Below are positions 12,518 to 26,007 of a stretch of DNA of 58,562 nucleotides, piece by piece. The notes beneath the pieces are model-generated. The model worked only from the letters and a program-made list of their open reading frames with translations, did no database searches and was not told where the DNA came from. The DNA is from Octopus bimaculoides (lineage: Eukaryota). The stretch is from contig NC_068987.1 in assembly GCF_001194135.2 (NCBI RefSeq), forward strand, positions 8,925,395 to 8,983,956. The letters run 5' to 3'. Position 1 is the stretch's first letter; every line of letters starts with the position of its first letter. The position numbers and the translations under genes were made by a program.

Positions 12518-14448
12518 TGTTTAATACAGTTATCTACTGCAGTTGATGTTTAATACATTATGAATTTTTATATCTTGTTCTTGCAAATTAAGTGTCCAGT
12601 ACAATTTTTTTTTTTTTCTTATCTTAAGGTTACCCTAACACATAATGAGATATAAATATACATTTCATATTTTTTATATCTAAATGAATCTAGCACAACT
12701 ACCGGTTCTTCTGAATGTACAGACAATAAGTCAAGTGCTTGCTAACTTTCACCTCCAGTGAAAGTGGTACACTGACATGACTATTTTTATAGAAATATTA
12801 AAAAAAAAAAAAAAAATAAATGACTTATTCCTATGACTAAACAAAAGAAAAAGAAAAAGATACACAGTCCATGTAGTAAGGAAAGTTATCATACATCTAG
12901 ATATTGCTCGAGAGAAATATGTATTTTATTACAAAAAAAAAAAAAATATTATTCTAAATCTTAGGAAAATATGAACAAGCTCTGAATCAACAGACTTCAA
13001 AATCATGAATTCTAAAGGATAAAACAGCATATTGAAAAGAAATGGGGATAGTAGTATCCTTGTGCCTGAGTTGAATGCAACAGATTTTCTTTTTATCTTT
13101 TAAAACACAGATGAAATTAAAATTTCTAGTTTATTACAGTAAACACTTTGAAAGAAGACAAACACAGGCATGGCTGCAAGATTTAGAAAGTTGCTTCACA
13201 GATATGTGATTTCAGGTTTAGTCTTTCTGTATAGCACATTCAGTGTCTTCTGGGTCAACCAATACCATGTGAAAGATTTTGATTGATGGAAATTGCAGAA
13301 AGCACACCATTGCTTCTTCCTGTGTTTTCTTCAATTCTTCTCTTCCGCAGATTCCTTCTACTTGAATTGCTTGGCACTTCTTATCATACTTTCATCTTTC
13401 ATGTGCATCACATGTCTATACCAGCACAATCTTCTCTCTTGCACACTACATCTAATTCCTCTTATAACCAATTTTTTCTTCCAGCTCACTTGTACACTAA
13501 CATTACACATCAAACAAAAAAGCCCTTGCCTCATTTCATTCAAGCTTTCACGCATCCTCCAATATTCACTGTCCACATTGTGATGCCATGCAACACTGCT
13601 CTTTGTACACAAGTATCATACAATCTACCCTTCACTTGGAAACAGAATTTCTTTGTTGCCAGCAGGGGTTACAGCTCCCTAAACATTTTCCCACTCTATT
13701 CATACATTGGCTATTTTAAACTTTCAGAACACACACCTCCACTGATTATTAGATTACACCTATGTAACAAAAGCTATCAACTAATCTTAAATTTATTTCA
13801 CAGGTGGTCTTACTGCTCACTACACCTTATCAGCCTCTTTCACATGGAACCAGAATGAGGCAATTTGGCATAGTTCTTTAGATGCTGGCAATTTGGCGTG
13901 GTTGACTGGACATTCAACCTGCTTTTAGTAACAGTACGTTTTAGCACTGGAGGCTGTTTATACACATACACATGTGCACAGAAATATACACATACTGAGA
14001 GAGAGAGATTATACATACATACAAACATAACTTCATGCTCACACACATAAACAGTCAGGAAGAGAACGAAAAGGAGAGTGAGAGAGGGAAAGTGTTAGAA
14101 CAAGAAAAACATTAAAACGTCTGATGTCAAGTAAGTCAGCATCAAATCAGTGGCATCAGAAGTTCTCATACCCTTATGAAACCATCCTTCCCTGTAATCC
14201 CACTATACTTTTGCATCCATATTGAGTATACCAGAGGGAATTTTATCAACTCCTTTTCTGTATAGCAAAAGTAGTCCACTTCCTGCCAGCTAAAACTTAT
14301 ATTTGCTCAGTTTACTTTGAAGTTTTCTAATTCTAGCTTTTGCTTCCCTGTTTGGAATTTCTCTAAATTTGCAATAGATTCAATAACTAGAACTGGGTCA
14401 TCTACATAGTTCTCATGAACATCTGCCTTAAAATCCTTATATGGTGTA

Positions 14449-14671
14449 ATAAATAAATAAAAATAATAAATGCACCCTTTTAAAGCCTAGCCAGGTTCAT
14501 GGGCCTGTTTCCCGGTTTCGATGGCGTATGCGTTCCCCAGCTGAGTGGACTGGAGCAACGTGAAATGAAGTGTTTTGCTCAAGAACACAACGCGTCACCC
14601 GGTCCAGGAACCGAAACCACAATCTTACGACCATGGTGCCGACACCCTAACCACTAAGCCACGCGCCTCCA
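14449..14671 (-). mobile_element. tRNA-derived SINE family E nested in the RTE LINE
   Basis: Head tggaggcgcgtggcttagtggttaggg; (TTTA)n tail; 14-bp TSD ccttatatggtgta at 14435-14448 and 14672-14685. Confidence 0.92.
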
Positions 14672-14977
14672 CCTTATATGGTGTAGACAACTATTATAAA
14701 TACTGGGATAGTGTGTGCTGAAAACTTAATGGCAAACCTCTTACTTTCAGTTTCTTTCTGTACTACATATACCTGATATCTAGCTTTTTTCTCACCTATC
14801 TGATATTGTTCCTTGCTACACACACATTTTATTCCAATCTTTCCAGAACTGTCTCTTAGCTTTTATGGCTTTATCTACTGCACCATTCCACCAGCTTGTC
14901 ACTTGCCATCTGGTCAATCTACACCTTGCTCTATGCATAGATCTGGTCTGTGCTTGCTGTAGAATGCTTCATAAAAA

Positions 14978-15190
14978 AAGGTAGCAAGCTAGCAGAAACG
15001 TTAGCATGCCGGGCAAAATGCTTAGCAGTATTTCATCTTTACGTTCTGAGTTCAAATTCCACCGAGGTCGACTTTGCCTTTCATCCTTTCAGGGTCGATA
15101 AATTAAGTATCAGTTGCGTACTGGGGTCGATCTAATCGACTGGCCCCCTCCCTCAAAAATTTTGGGCCTTGCGCCTAGAGTATAAAAGAA
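14978..15190 (+). mobile_element. SINE family B nested in the RTE LINE
   Basis: agctagcagaaacgttagc head, gagttcaaattcc B-box. Confidence 0.88.
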
Positions 15191-15545
15191 CGTTTCATAA
15201 AAACTCATAATACTCTTCTATAAATCTTTATCTCTTCCTCCTCTTTATTTAGGTCAACAAGTACTTGTTTGAATCTACATCTGATCAAGGGATCTTACAG
15301 TATATCAATACCTTCTTTTTCCAGATTCTCTTGTGTTTTCTGAATCCATTTACCCTACTAACCCAGATATCACTAATCCCTAGTCCATGTTGAGTGATAC
15401 ATTTTTCATTGGAGAAAAAATTAGCATTCACATCCAACTGTCAATTATATTTCCAAGTGAGTATGGAGTCTTCTTGTTTCGTGTCATTGCTTGAGACAGA
15501 TTAGTAATATTAATCCACCTCATTCTTTATATCATGTACATAACT

Positions 15546-15594
<49 letters not shown>

Positions 15595-16921
15595 AGTCAT
15601 TATGAGATTGTCTAACATATCGATTAAAGTCACCAGCCATGATAATAAAGTTGCTGTCATCATTTGTTAGTGATAGTCTGCAAGAGAACTTCAAAGAAAC
15701 AGTGCTCTTGCTCACCTGCCAGTACTGATTAGTATGCATATGCTGAGGTCAATCATTGATGCTACTGTGCTGCTTATGACTAATCAAAGTTTAATCATTT
15801 GTCATATATCCTGATTACTTCAATTACTTTATCGGCTTTGCCAAACAAAACGCCTACTCCACCCAACCCAACACTGTTACATATCCAGAAGAATTTGTAC
15901 CTGTATTTCTTGCCCACTAAGAGTCTGGCTGAGGCTTCCCTCTATCTTGTCTTGTATACATGGCATACATTTATTTGCCTCCACTCTAACACCAGACTTA
16001 TCTTTCATCAGCATTATGCCAACATTAGCAGTGGCAGCTTTGGAGTCTGATGCTTGACAGGAGAAAACCTCCAGTAGCCAGTGAGCTGTTTGATGCCTGT
16101 TCTTCTACATCTGAAAGGAAGAGAGTTAAATAAGAATGCCGAGACCATTTGATGTTAGCCAAAGGGTTCTCACACCTGGTCAAATGTTCCCACCTGAGCT
16201 CTTCCCTAATGTGCACACCATTAATATGATGTGTCTGTTCAATGCATGCAACTAAGTTTTGTCATTGTGTGCCTTTTTTTTATTTTTACATAGAAAGGGT
16301 ATCTAGTCAATCAAACTATTATCAATCACTTTACAACATGAACAGGGTACATTTTATCATGTCAACAGATTGGAGAGACTGTCAAGTGGCTCCACTTCTA
16401 AAATGTTTCTTCCACACCGTCTTTTATTCTTTTTTTTTTTGGCAGAGTTAACGCTCTCCTAGACTAGTTGTCTCTGTTGCAATTTGTAGTGTTCATGTCT
16501 CATCTGTGTTGAATTTTAATCAGTATTAATTATATCCAACTCGGGTTGTTTTCACTATGGCTAAAGAACTACATTTCAAGGCACTCCAGTGAAGGCTGTA
16601 GAAGCAGTTACATAGTAGCTCCCTGTCATATGCTGTTAAAATAGTTAGGGTAGCATGGCAGACACAGATACCCCCATGCTAGGTGATTCAGTCTAGTTTA
16701 TATAGATAATTATTATTTTAATTTAATAACATACTTCCATATTGCAATCCATGATATAACCTGTAATATCATTATTTATCACAATAAGCTCCACAGAATA
16801 CATAGAAAGTGAGAAATAATCTGATAAAGACACTTGATTCCTCTGCACAGCACTTTGAGCTGTGTCTTTGCAGTCTGTTGGCTTCTCAATATGAGAAAAG
16901 AAAGAAGAGAGTGGGGGAGAG

Positions 16922-16994
<73 letters not shown>
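16922..16994. repeat. (GA)n microsatellite
   Basis: Direct. Confidence 0.95.
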
Positions 16995-16997
<3 letters not shown>

Positions 16998-17509
16998 TAT
17001 GTGTGTTTTAAAAGAATAAAAAGCTAAGAGAAACCTAAGAAAAGAATGAAAGTTGAGAGAAACTAAGAGAAGAGACAAAATTAGTAAGAGCTGAGAAATG
17101 AATAAAGTTTAAATATGAATAATTATTATCTTAGCTTAATTTAATAATGTTGGGGCAATTTTGCCAAGCATCCCAGCAGAATCAATGAAATATGGATCCC
17201 AAAGTTGATTAAATATACCCCCTCCCTTAAATGTGTGTAGCTCTGTGCCAAAATTACAAATCCTTATTGTTATTATCATTATTATCATCATCATCATCCC
17301 TGTTGTTTGTTGCTCATTTAGTGAAGCAAAGGAATGCACAAAAGATGCAGTGAATCTCAAGAAGATGGCTAGAGAATCAATTATTTAAGAGTTCCTTATT
17401 CATTGAACACATAGTAAATTGCACCAAATCAAATTATAGATTACTCTTTATTTTATTAACACAAAAGGAATGAAAGGCAAAACTGTCCTCCACTGACAAG
17501 ATCCATACT

Positions 17510-17885
17510 GAGTTTAATATCCCTTTGATGTTTTGCTGGAAGTAGCAAGTAAGTCTTGCCTCTTGGATAATGTAATTATTACTTGTTGAGTTATCGATAG
17601 TATGGTAATAAGAACTTCAAAGATGTAGAATCGAGAGATGTCTAGAGGACTGCTGCTTCTTATTCTGTAGAACAGGAGAATTATATATGTATAGCAAGTA
17701 TGTGATGTTGCACTGTTGGAAAATATTAGCAGTTTAGTTAGAGAGGAATTAAGTGTAGATTGTTAGATGAACAATATGAACTGCTGATAAAGATTGAATG
17801 CAAGAGAATGGACATGTCACAATGGTATCAAAAGCATCAGTTAATATATGCAAAGAAGATACAACTGCACTTTAGTGGTGTATAT
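17510..17885 (-). mobile_element. Old CR1/L2-like LINE 3' remnant
   Basis: Resembles the 3' part of the CR1 fragment at 34.7 kb; heavily decayed. Confidence 0.45.
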
Positions 17886-17994
17886 GTAATGAGAATGTGA
17901 GAGGACAAAGTTTGATTAGTTGGAAATAAACGTTAACATAAGAAAAAATTTGTGACAGAGAAGTTATGTGATACTTCAGATCAGTGAATTTAGG

Positions 17995-18043
17995 AGGGAG
18001 AGAAAGAGGAAGAGTGGGGAGAGAGAAAGAGAGAGAGAGAGCA

Positions 18044-18078
<35 letters not shown>

Positions 18079-18088
18079 NNNNNNNNNN

Positions 18089-18133
<45 letters not shown>

Positions 18134-18155
18134 AAGGAGAGAGAGACAGACAGAC
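17995..18155. repeat. (GA)n microsatellite with a 10-N gap
   Basis: Direct. Confidence 0.95.
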
Positions 18156-18279
18156 AGTCAGAGACTTAGAACTGTACAACATCTCTGTGTCATTTCATCA
18201 TAATAGGAATGAGAAAGCCTTATCAGGGTAGAACATGCCAGAAAGTGTAAGGAATATGAAGTTTATAATCTTTTGCAGA

Positions 18280-18905
18280 GCACTTTGGGCAGGTGTCTTC
18301 TACTATAGCCCCAGACTGATCAATGACTTCAGAGAGAATTTGATAAATGGAAACTGTGTGTCATATGTGTATATGTGTGTGTGTCTTTTATGTCTGTGGT
18401 TGTCACCACCCCCACCACTGCTTCACAGCAGGTGTTGGTTTGTTTATGTCCCTGTAACTTAGCAGTCCAGCAAAAGACACTGACAGAATAAGACTTAAGA
18501 AAGAAAATAACTACTGGGGTCAAATTTGTTCAACTAAAACCTGTTGAGCCAGTGTCCCTGCATGGCCGCAGCCCAATTATTCTACTGATTTCACTCATTG
18601 GACTACAACCATACAGAAGCACAGAGGCTTATTGAGTATATCACTAACAGTATTTATTTCAGCTGGGTAAATATTTTATCAATCTATATCAAACCACTAA
18701 GTTACTGGCCATAAAGAGGCACAACACGAGTTTTAACTTATGTATATATAAAAACAGGGACACATATCAATGACAGGCTTCCACACAGTTTCCCTCAAAT
18801 TCCACTTTTTTACACAATATTCAGCTTGTGGCTTTTGAACAAGAAACTTGCCCGAAAAAGCTGTGCAGTGGAATCAAATTCAGCACTATGTGGCTTTCAA
18901 AGGAA
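18280..18905. mobile_element. Two old family A SINEs in opposite orientation (plus about 18280-18575, minus about 18640-18905)
   Basis: gtgtcttctactatagccc core on plus; cagtttcc...acttgcc core on minus. Confidence 0.65.
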
Positions 18906-19024
18906 TTCAGTTAAACTCACACAGTTATATTTGTGCCTGTTTATATAATTTCCAAACATACATGTCTCTAATCTTTAACCTGTCTTTGGCTTCAGATTTT
19001 TTTATTTTTACATATATATAAATG

Positions 19025-19655
19025 TGAAGGCGCATAGCTCGGTGGTTAAGGTGTTGCATTCTCGATTGTGAGATCATGGGTTCGATTCCAAGACAGGGTG
19101 TTGCATTGTGTCCTTGAGCAAAGCTCTTCATTTCACGCTGCTCTGCAATCACTTAGGCATCTGACATACGGCACCCCATTGCAATTGTACAGGTAATGTC
19201 GATTTGATGGAGGAAGTGAGTTTATATCTACACAAACATTTGATTATTATAAATAAATCATCTGTGTGGTTGTTCGGTAAGAAATTGTCGAACCCTCATA
19301 TATCATCTAATGACAGGAGAGTCCATCTATATAGTGGCTGTGTGGTAAGAAACTTGCTTCCCAACCACATGGTTCCAGGCTCAGTCCCACTGTGTGGTAC
19401 TTTGAGCAAGTGTCTTCTACTATAGCCCTGGGCCAACCAAAGCCTTGTGAGTGGATTTAGCAGACGGAAACTGAAAGAAGCCTAGTGTATGTGTGTGCTT
19501 GTGTCTCTGTCTCCTACCACTGCTTGGCAACTGGTGCTGGTGCATTTACATCCCTGTAAATAATCACTAGGGTTGATTCATTTGACTAAAAAATTCTCCA
19601 AGGCGGTGCTCCAGCATGGCCACAGTCTAATGACTGAAACAAGTAAAAGATAAAA
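19025..19655 (+). mobile_element. SINE family F (19025-19325) directly followed by SINE family A (19332-19655)
   Basis: ggcgcatagctcggtggttaagg / gggttcgattcc pol III boxes, then a family A head and tail. Confidence 0.85.
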
Positions 19656-20319
19656 AGATATATCATTAGATAAAAGCTAAGCATAAATTACGGAACTTTT
19701 ATAGTTTCACACTTTCTGCTTTGTTGTCCTACAAAGCTAGCAAGGGTGAATTTTTACCTTTCATCATACAATAAGGTTAATGAAATAAAAGTAACATTGA
19801 TTTTTACAGCTATTTCCTTATCAATAGAAAAAGTAAATTTGTATAAAAAAGGAAAAAACATCTTATCAATTCTTTGATGTCAGCTGTGCTTACTGATCAA
19901 GCAGACTTCTGATCAAAAGGTATTTTAGCTATGACTCTCATTTTAAGTACAAGACCCATTTTTTATTCTTTCGCATAATGGTATTTATGTGTGAGTTATC
20001 TAACAAATCTTTACTTTTTTTTTTCTGTTTCTTTTTAGCACATTGTTAATTGAGGGTGATTTGGCTGCTATATGGTAAGTAACCATGCAGAGAGGTTTAA
20101 TCATTGGCTTTTGTGTGTGTGTGTGTTTATGCATGTGTAAGAATAGGTTTCCAAGTCAGTTCATGCAGGTATAATTTCTAGTTTCACTCCTTATAACAGC
20201 ATTTTTGGGCCTTGTAGTCAATATCCTGGACAAAGAGATGGATTCCATTAAGCTCATATGACCATGGTGTACTCAAATAAAGACAAATTCGAAATGAGAA
20301 AAATACTATTTATTTTAAA

Positions 20320-20790
20320 TCATCATCATCATCATCACCATCACCATCATCATCATCATCATCATTTAACGTCCGCTTTCCATGCTAGTATGGGTTGGAC
20401 GATTTGACTGAGGACTGGTGAAACCAGATGGCAACACCAGGCTCCAATCTGATCTGGCAGAGTTTCTACAGCTGGATGCCCTTCCTAACGCCAACTACTC
20501 TGAGAGTGTAGTGGGTGCTTTTACATGCCACCGGCACGAAGGCCAGTCANNNNNNNNNNAGTGGGTGCTTTTACATGCCACCGGCACGAAGGCCAGTCAG
20601 ACGGTACTGGCGACGGCCACGCTCAAAATGGTGTATTTTACCTGCCACCTGCATAAGAGCCAGTCCAACGGCACTGGCAATGATCTCACTCGAAAGTCTT
20701 TACACGTGCCAGGAAGGCGATGCTGGGCACAGGTGCCATCACGATTTCACTTTCGCTTGCCCCAACAGGTCTTCGCAAGCCGAGTTATTG
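20320..20790 (-). mobile_element. RTE LINE 3'UTR/tail fragment with (CAT)n end
   Basis: (cat)n-ttaacgtccgctttccatgctag...cagctggatgcccttcctaacgcc; internal gccaccggcac modules. Confidence 0.85.
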
Positions 20791-21269
20791 ATGCTATTTG
20801 CATGAAAAAAGAATGGCATATATAAAATAGTTCTTTTTCCAACCAACTGATCTGTTGTTGACAATGCTGAAATTTATTTCACAGGCCAATTCTTTTATTC
20901 TTTCACTGGTTTCAGGAATCCTACTATGGCCATGCCTTTGTAACTGGCACTCCTTCAGTTATGGAACAACCTGCTCATGACATTAAAGTGCAAGTGGCTG
21001 AGTACTCCACAGACACATGCACCCTTAATATAGTTCTCAAGGAGATTCAGCATGACACAGAATATGACAAGGCTGGTGCTTTAAAATACAGGTATTACTC
21101 ATTTTTGCCAGCTGGGTACTGCTTTTAAGGGTACAATTAATTACATGTCGACCACAGTTCTTGTCTGATGCTTATGTTATTAGCAGAAAAGATGAAAGGC
21201 AAAGATTACCTTTGAACTCAGAACATAAGATAACAAAAGCTAAATGTTCAGAAAATAGACACATTTAGA

Positions 21270-21625
21270 CACAGGCTAAATGGGCTTGCTGCCTATCCAC
21301 ATGGTTCTGGGTTCAGTCCCACTGCGTAGTACCTTGTGTAAGTGTCTGCTGCAATAGCCTTGGGCTGACCAAAGCCTTGTGAGTGGATCTGGTAGACAGA
21401 AACTGAAAGAAACCCGTTGTATGTGTGTGTGTCCTACCCCAGCATCGCTTGACAACCGATGTTGGTGTGTTTATGTCCTGTAACTTATTGGTTCAGCAAA
21501 AATGACTGATAGAATAAGTACTAGGCTTACAACGAATAAGTCCTGGGGTCGATTTGCTCGACTAAAAGGCAATGCTCCAGCATGGCCGCAGTCAAATGAC
21601 TGAAACAAGTAAAAGAGTAAAGAGC
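21270..21625 (+). mobile_element. SINE family A
   Basis: Family head, core and tail present. Confidence 0.85.
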
Positions 21626-21790
21626 ACATTATTATTTTCTGTTACTTTCAACTTTCTTACTAGTGTACATGTGTTTGTGTATATCTTTTTGGTAAATGAA
21701 AAGTAAAGTCTACTTCAGCAGAATTTGAACTCAGAACATAAGGAATCAAAAGAAATGTTGTTAAGCATTTGTCCAAATAATGATGTAGCA

Positions 21791-21893
21791 CATTGGCTCC
21801 CAACCTTTTCAGTGGTTCCCAACCCTTATATTTAAATGAGTTTTCCTACGGACCCCTTTTAATATGCTTATCCTTATGTGTGTGTGTGTGTGT

Positions 21894-21926
<33 letters not shown>

Positions 21927-22578
21927 NNNNNNNNNNNNNNNNNNNNNNNNNNNNNNNNNNNNNNNNNNNNNNNNNNNNNNNNNNNNNNNNNNNNNNNNNN
22001 NNNNNNNNNNNNNNNNNNNNNNNNNNNNNNNNNNNNNNNNNNNNNNNNNNNNNNNNNNNNNNNNNNNNNNNNNNNNNNNNNNNNNNNNNNNNNNNNNNNN
22101 NNNNNNNNNNNNNNNNNNNNNNNNNNNNNNNNNNNNNNNNNNNNNNNNNNNNNNNNNNNNNNNNNNNNNNNNNNNNNNNNNNNNNNNNNNNNNNNNNNNN
22201 NNNNNNNNNNNNNNNNNNNNNNNNNNNNNNNNNNNNNNNNNNNNNNNNNNNNNNNNNNNNNNNNNNNNNNNNNNNNNNNNNNNNNNNNNNNNNNNNNNNN
22301 NNNNNNNNNNNNTATATATATATATAATTTGTAGAAAACATAAATCAGAAAAAAGAGGCACACTCTAAGATGTAGAGCAATATATATTAAAAATGGAGAA
22401 GGCCGGTTTATGGAATTACCTTAGGTTTCCTGTCCATAAAGGGTCTAATCCCATAAACCAGCCTTCCCTATTTTTAATATATATATATATGAAATTTTGA
22501 ATTTAGCTCGTGAACTGCCAATACCACCTTTGTGAACCACCAGGGGCCTGCCCCATGACCCCAGGTTGGGAACCACTG
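21791..22578. mobile_element. hAT (Charlie/MER5-like) MITE with nested TA repeat, gap and mini-MITE
   Basis: TIRs cagtggttcccaacc / ggttgggaaccactg; 8-bp TSD atgtagca (21783-21790) and atgtagta (22579-22586). Confidence 0.7.
22381..22484. mobile_element. About 100-bp TA-flanked mini-MITE
   Basis: Arms tatatattaaaaatggagaaggccggtttatggaatta and taatcccataaaccagccttccctatttttaatata are near-complementary. Confidence 0.7.
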
Positions 22579-23569
22579 ATGTAGTATACAGGCATGCAAG
22601 CATGGAAAAGTGGGTGCGAATGACAACACTGATGATATGCACACATATACACAATAATCACCACATGTAAACATGCACTAATTATAACACACACACACAC
22701 ACACACACACACGCATTAATTCTTATAAACCTAAGTACAAGTAGTTATCACCACAACGATCATCATTATTGTCGCCGCTGTTATCATTCTGTTACTGAAA
22801 GTCTGTGTGTCACTTCACCTAAGAAGTAGTAACAAGGATAACAAGAAACAAGACAGAGAAAAACCATAACTGCAATAGCAATCAAAGTGACAATAATTTA
22901 GGGTAAAGGAAGGAAGCTGAATCAACAAGTCAGGATGGTTTTACCATTCTTTATGTAGTATACACCCTACCAACTAGCAATTTAATCTTTTGGGTGTATA
23001 GAAATGGGGCAGGTTATGATGGAAATTTTCATAGCTACAATTGTTTCTATCACACACAAACACATATATAGACATACATACACACAAACATATATATGAA
23101 ATGTATGTATATGTATATATATATATATATATGATCTGATGTTATAAAACTAAGTTATTTAAACCATTTCCAAGTATGAGAGTATAGAATTTTGCATAGC
23201 CACATAAAATATATACAAATTGTAAGCAGTCTCAAAAGATGTGTTTATACAACAAAATGACATTCCAAGTTTAAAAAAAAAAGAAGACAAGAAAGCAAGG
23301 TTACATAGAATTTGCTTGAGAAAAATGAATTTAAACATTATCAGTGCTTTCCCTTTCAACAATGACAGCATTATATCACACATACCTACATACATACATG
23401 CAGTGTTGTCTTGTTTTCTTCAGAAACTATATGAATTAGCATTGGGCTATGTTTTAGTCAACAGCAAATAACAGTAACATCCTTGTGTGGTTTTCATTAA
23501 AAGAAGAAGAAGACAAAACACTGAAAGTTTGTTGTAGCTTACTTTCGAATATAATTTGGCAGGAGTAGG

Positions 23570-23940
23570 TAGAGAGAGAGAGAGAGAGCAGAGAGAGAGA
23601 GTAGAGAGAGAGAGCAGAGAGAGAGAGCAGAGAGAGAGCAGAGAGAGAGAGCAGAGAATGCAGAGAGAGTGAGAGAGAGAGCAGAGATAAAGAGAGAGAA
23701 AGAGAGAGACAGAGAGAGAGAAAGAGAGAGACAGAGCAGATAGAGAGAGCAGAGAGAAAACAGAGAGAGCAGAAAGAAAGAGAAAGAGAGAGCAAAGAGA
23801 AAGAGATAGTGCAGAAAGAAAGAGAGAGAGACAGTAGAGAGAAAGAGAGAGAACAGAAAGAGAGAAAGCAGAGAGAAAGAGAGAGAGCACAAAGAGAAAG
23901 AGCAAAGAGAAAAAGGAAAAAAGGGAGAAAGAGAGATATA
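23570..23940. repeat. Degenerate GA/GAGAGCA low-complexity tract
   Basis: Direct. Confidence 0.95.
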
Positions 23941-24410
23941 CAATAACTTTTTTATATTTTAAACTTTACAATTATAAAGTTCCAATTTTTTATTAAAAAA
24001 TTCAGTTTTGAACTGTTAACTACAACAATAAAACACAATAATTTAAAACTACTTCAACATATCTACAAAAGCAATTTTATACTTCAGAAATGAAATAGGA
24101 TAAAAGTGAAGTATCCAAAATTTTAAGTTGACAACATTTTTGAAGTTAAAATTGAATAGCAGAAAATACAAGTACAACTATGAACATATGCTACAAGTCC
24201 TGAAATGCTGACTACAAGTAAATTAATACTATCAAGAGATATTATATGACTAAAATTAAAGCTACCATAAAGTCTACTGAATCTAAAAAAATAACAAAAA
24301 TAAGACATCCTTTTCAATTTAATTAAACATTGTAGCAGAAGAAAGTTATTTAAGTGCTAGCATAAAGAATGAAAGTATATATGTAACAAGTAATTTATTT
24401 AGTATCTTAC

Positions 24411-24620
24411 CTGGTACAGCAGCATCTTAAAAATTTCATGTAATCCCAAATGGAAAAGGTAATCAAGAAAATCCAAATGTTCTTTTTTTATTTACACTTT
24501 TTTATTTAAACTTTCCTTTTCCCAAAATAAAACTTAAAACATTTGACGAAATGACACAGCAAGAGAAGAGAAATGGAAGTATCATAGGAATATGCCGAAA
24601 TATTCTAATTATCATCTCGC
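24411..24620 (-). other. Candidate exon (UTR or partly coding)
   Basis: Strong donor CAG|GTAAGAT; acceptor gcctttaacctcag|G; 3' part open as HLDFLDYLFHLGLHEIFKMLLYQ or MKFLRCCCT. Confidence 0.3.
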
Positions 24621-24968
24621 CTGAGGTTAAAGGCTCACATGAAAAGAATCGGTTTGTTTGGCAGAATTTAGGTTGTGAGCTCTGAACTTAGACCCCTAGT
24701 TTCTCCCCTAGTTTACTAAATAAAGAGCCTGTGAGCAAATGACTGTGTGAGGAGATACTCAAATTTGGTTAGCTGGTGGGAACATGTGTTTCTAACTATG
24801 AGAGGTTACAGAGGAGAAGGAAGAGGAGGGGGAACTTAGATGAGCCTGGAGTGGGTATGGGTGAAACAAAGTGACTACTGTGCTAGGGTAGGGGAACATC
24901 ATTTAGTGAGCAGGAAGTTCTAAGCTGAATATACAATATTATGTTTTATATACATATATATCTATATC

Positions 24969-25005
<37 letters not shown>

Positions 25006-25409
25006 GTATAACAACTTCAGCTACAGCTACTGAGAACTGACCATTAAAGTAAGGAGGAAAGAGAAGGGTAGCAGACTTCACCACTTGTTGGATCACTACT
25101 GCCAACTTATATGAATAATTGTAGCTAGTTTTAATGTTGTCTTCCTCACCAGAAATTCTTACTAATTGGTACTTATGAAATTATATGGCTACTGAATAGC
25201 AACAGAAAGTGACCAAATCTGATAAATAATGAATGTACAAGCCAAAAATCTTTAGATATTTTTAATTTACAGTTATTAACAAACAACGTCTTATTTTAGA
25301 AATAGTTATCTTTTTCACTCATTTTCTACTAATTTTTGTAGTATTTTTTTAATATTAATTTGTTGTAAAAATATTTTCACATTAAAATATTTTTCAACTT
25401 TCCTTTTAG

Positions 25410-25507
25410 CAAATGAAATGAAAAGGTGTAAGCAAGCTGACAGCCTAAGTCCAGGTGAAAAAGGAAAACAAAAAAGTAGAGAGATTCTTGCTGGAAGCAA
25501 ATCTTGA
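25410..25507 (+). other. Candidate plus-strand terminal exon (NEMKRCKQADSLSPGEKGKQKSREILAGSKS*)
   Basis: Good acceptor ttttcaactttccttttag|; open to TGA; conflicts with the minus-strand model. Confidence 0.18.
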
Positions 25508-26007
25508 ATTATTGTTATCAAGTATGATTAACTTTTTACACTGATTTGACAACAGTGTTTCATTCACAACAGCTGTTGGATTAGTAAATATTGTTTAATC
25601 CCATATTAAAAGAAATTGCTTACAACCTTAAGGATATCAGATTTTCTTTTTAGAGTAATATATGTAATTATGGGAGAGATGAAAGCAACGAATAAATGAC
25701 AGAACAGAAGAAGGAGAAAGGAAGAATAGAAAGATGAAAAGGCATATGAAAGCAACAAAAGGAAAGATAGAAATATAAAAATAAAAAAAACATAGGCAAA
25801 CAACAGAGGAAAAGTGAAATAAAGAGAAAAAAAAAGGAATAGAAATAGTGAGTTATTTTTTAAAATTTTACTTGCTGAATTTTAAAAATCAAAACCTAAA
25901 ATTTCCTTCAAAATATAATTAGTAAATTATATTGTAATATTTCTGTTAATAGTTATTACTGATAAATTAAATGTTTAGATAATATATTTACATGAAATTA
26001 TGAATTA

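Larger units (their letters stand above)
13250..16230 (-). mobile_element. Decayed near-full-length RTE-clade LINE (APE endonuclease plus reverse transcriptase), interrupted by SINEs and microsatellites
   Basis: Minus-strand remnants in the expected order: APE N-terminus near 15900-16030, MAGDFN (about 15630), YVDDPVLVIESIANLEKFQTGKQKLELENFKVN (YADD region, about 14300-14410), and C-terminal IRGIRCSVQERRLCWYRHVMHM (about 13400-13480). Confidence 0.88.

Noticed and set aside
13283-13858. 191-aa plus-strand ORF
   Set aside because: Antisense shadow of the RTE LINE C-terminus.
20039-20074. Plus-strand 36-nt exon with excellent splice sites (TLLIEGDLAAI)
   Set aside because: Lies within repeat family G (gagggtgatttggctgctat core) and has no phase-compatible neighbours; exonisation cannot be excluded.
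21793-22368. ORFs of 149-191 aa
   Set aside because: Mostly N-gap X residues and (TA)n; the same applies to the ORFs at 42352-42736 and 55716-56461.
23447-23943. Leu/Ser-rich membrane-like ORFs
   Set aside because: Translation of the GA low-complexity tract.
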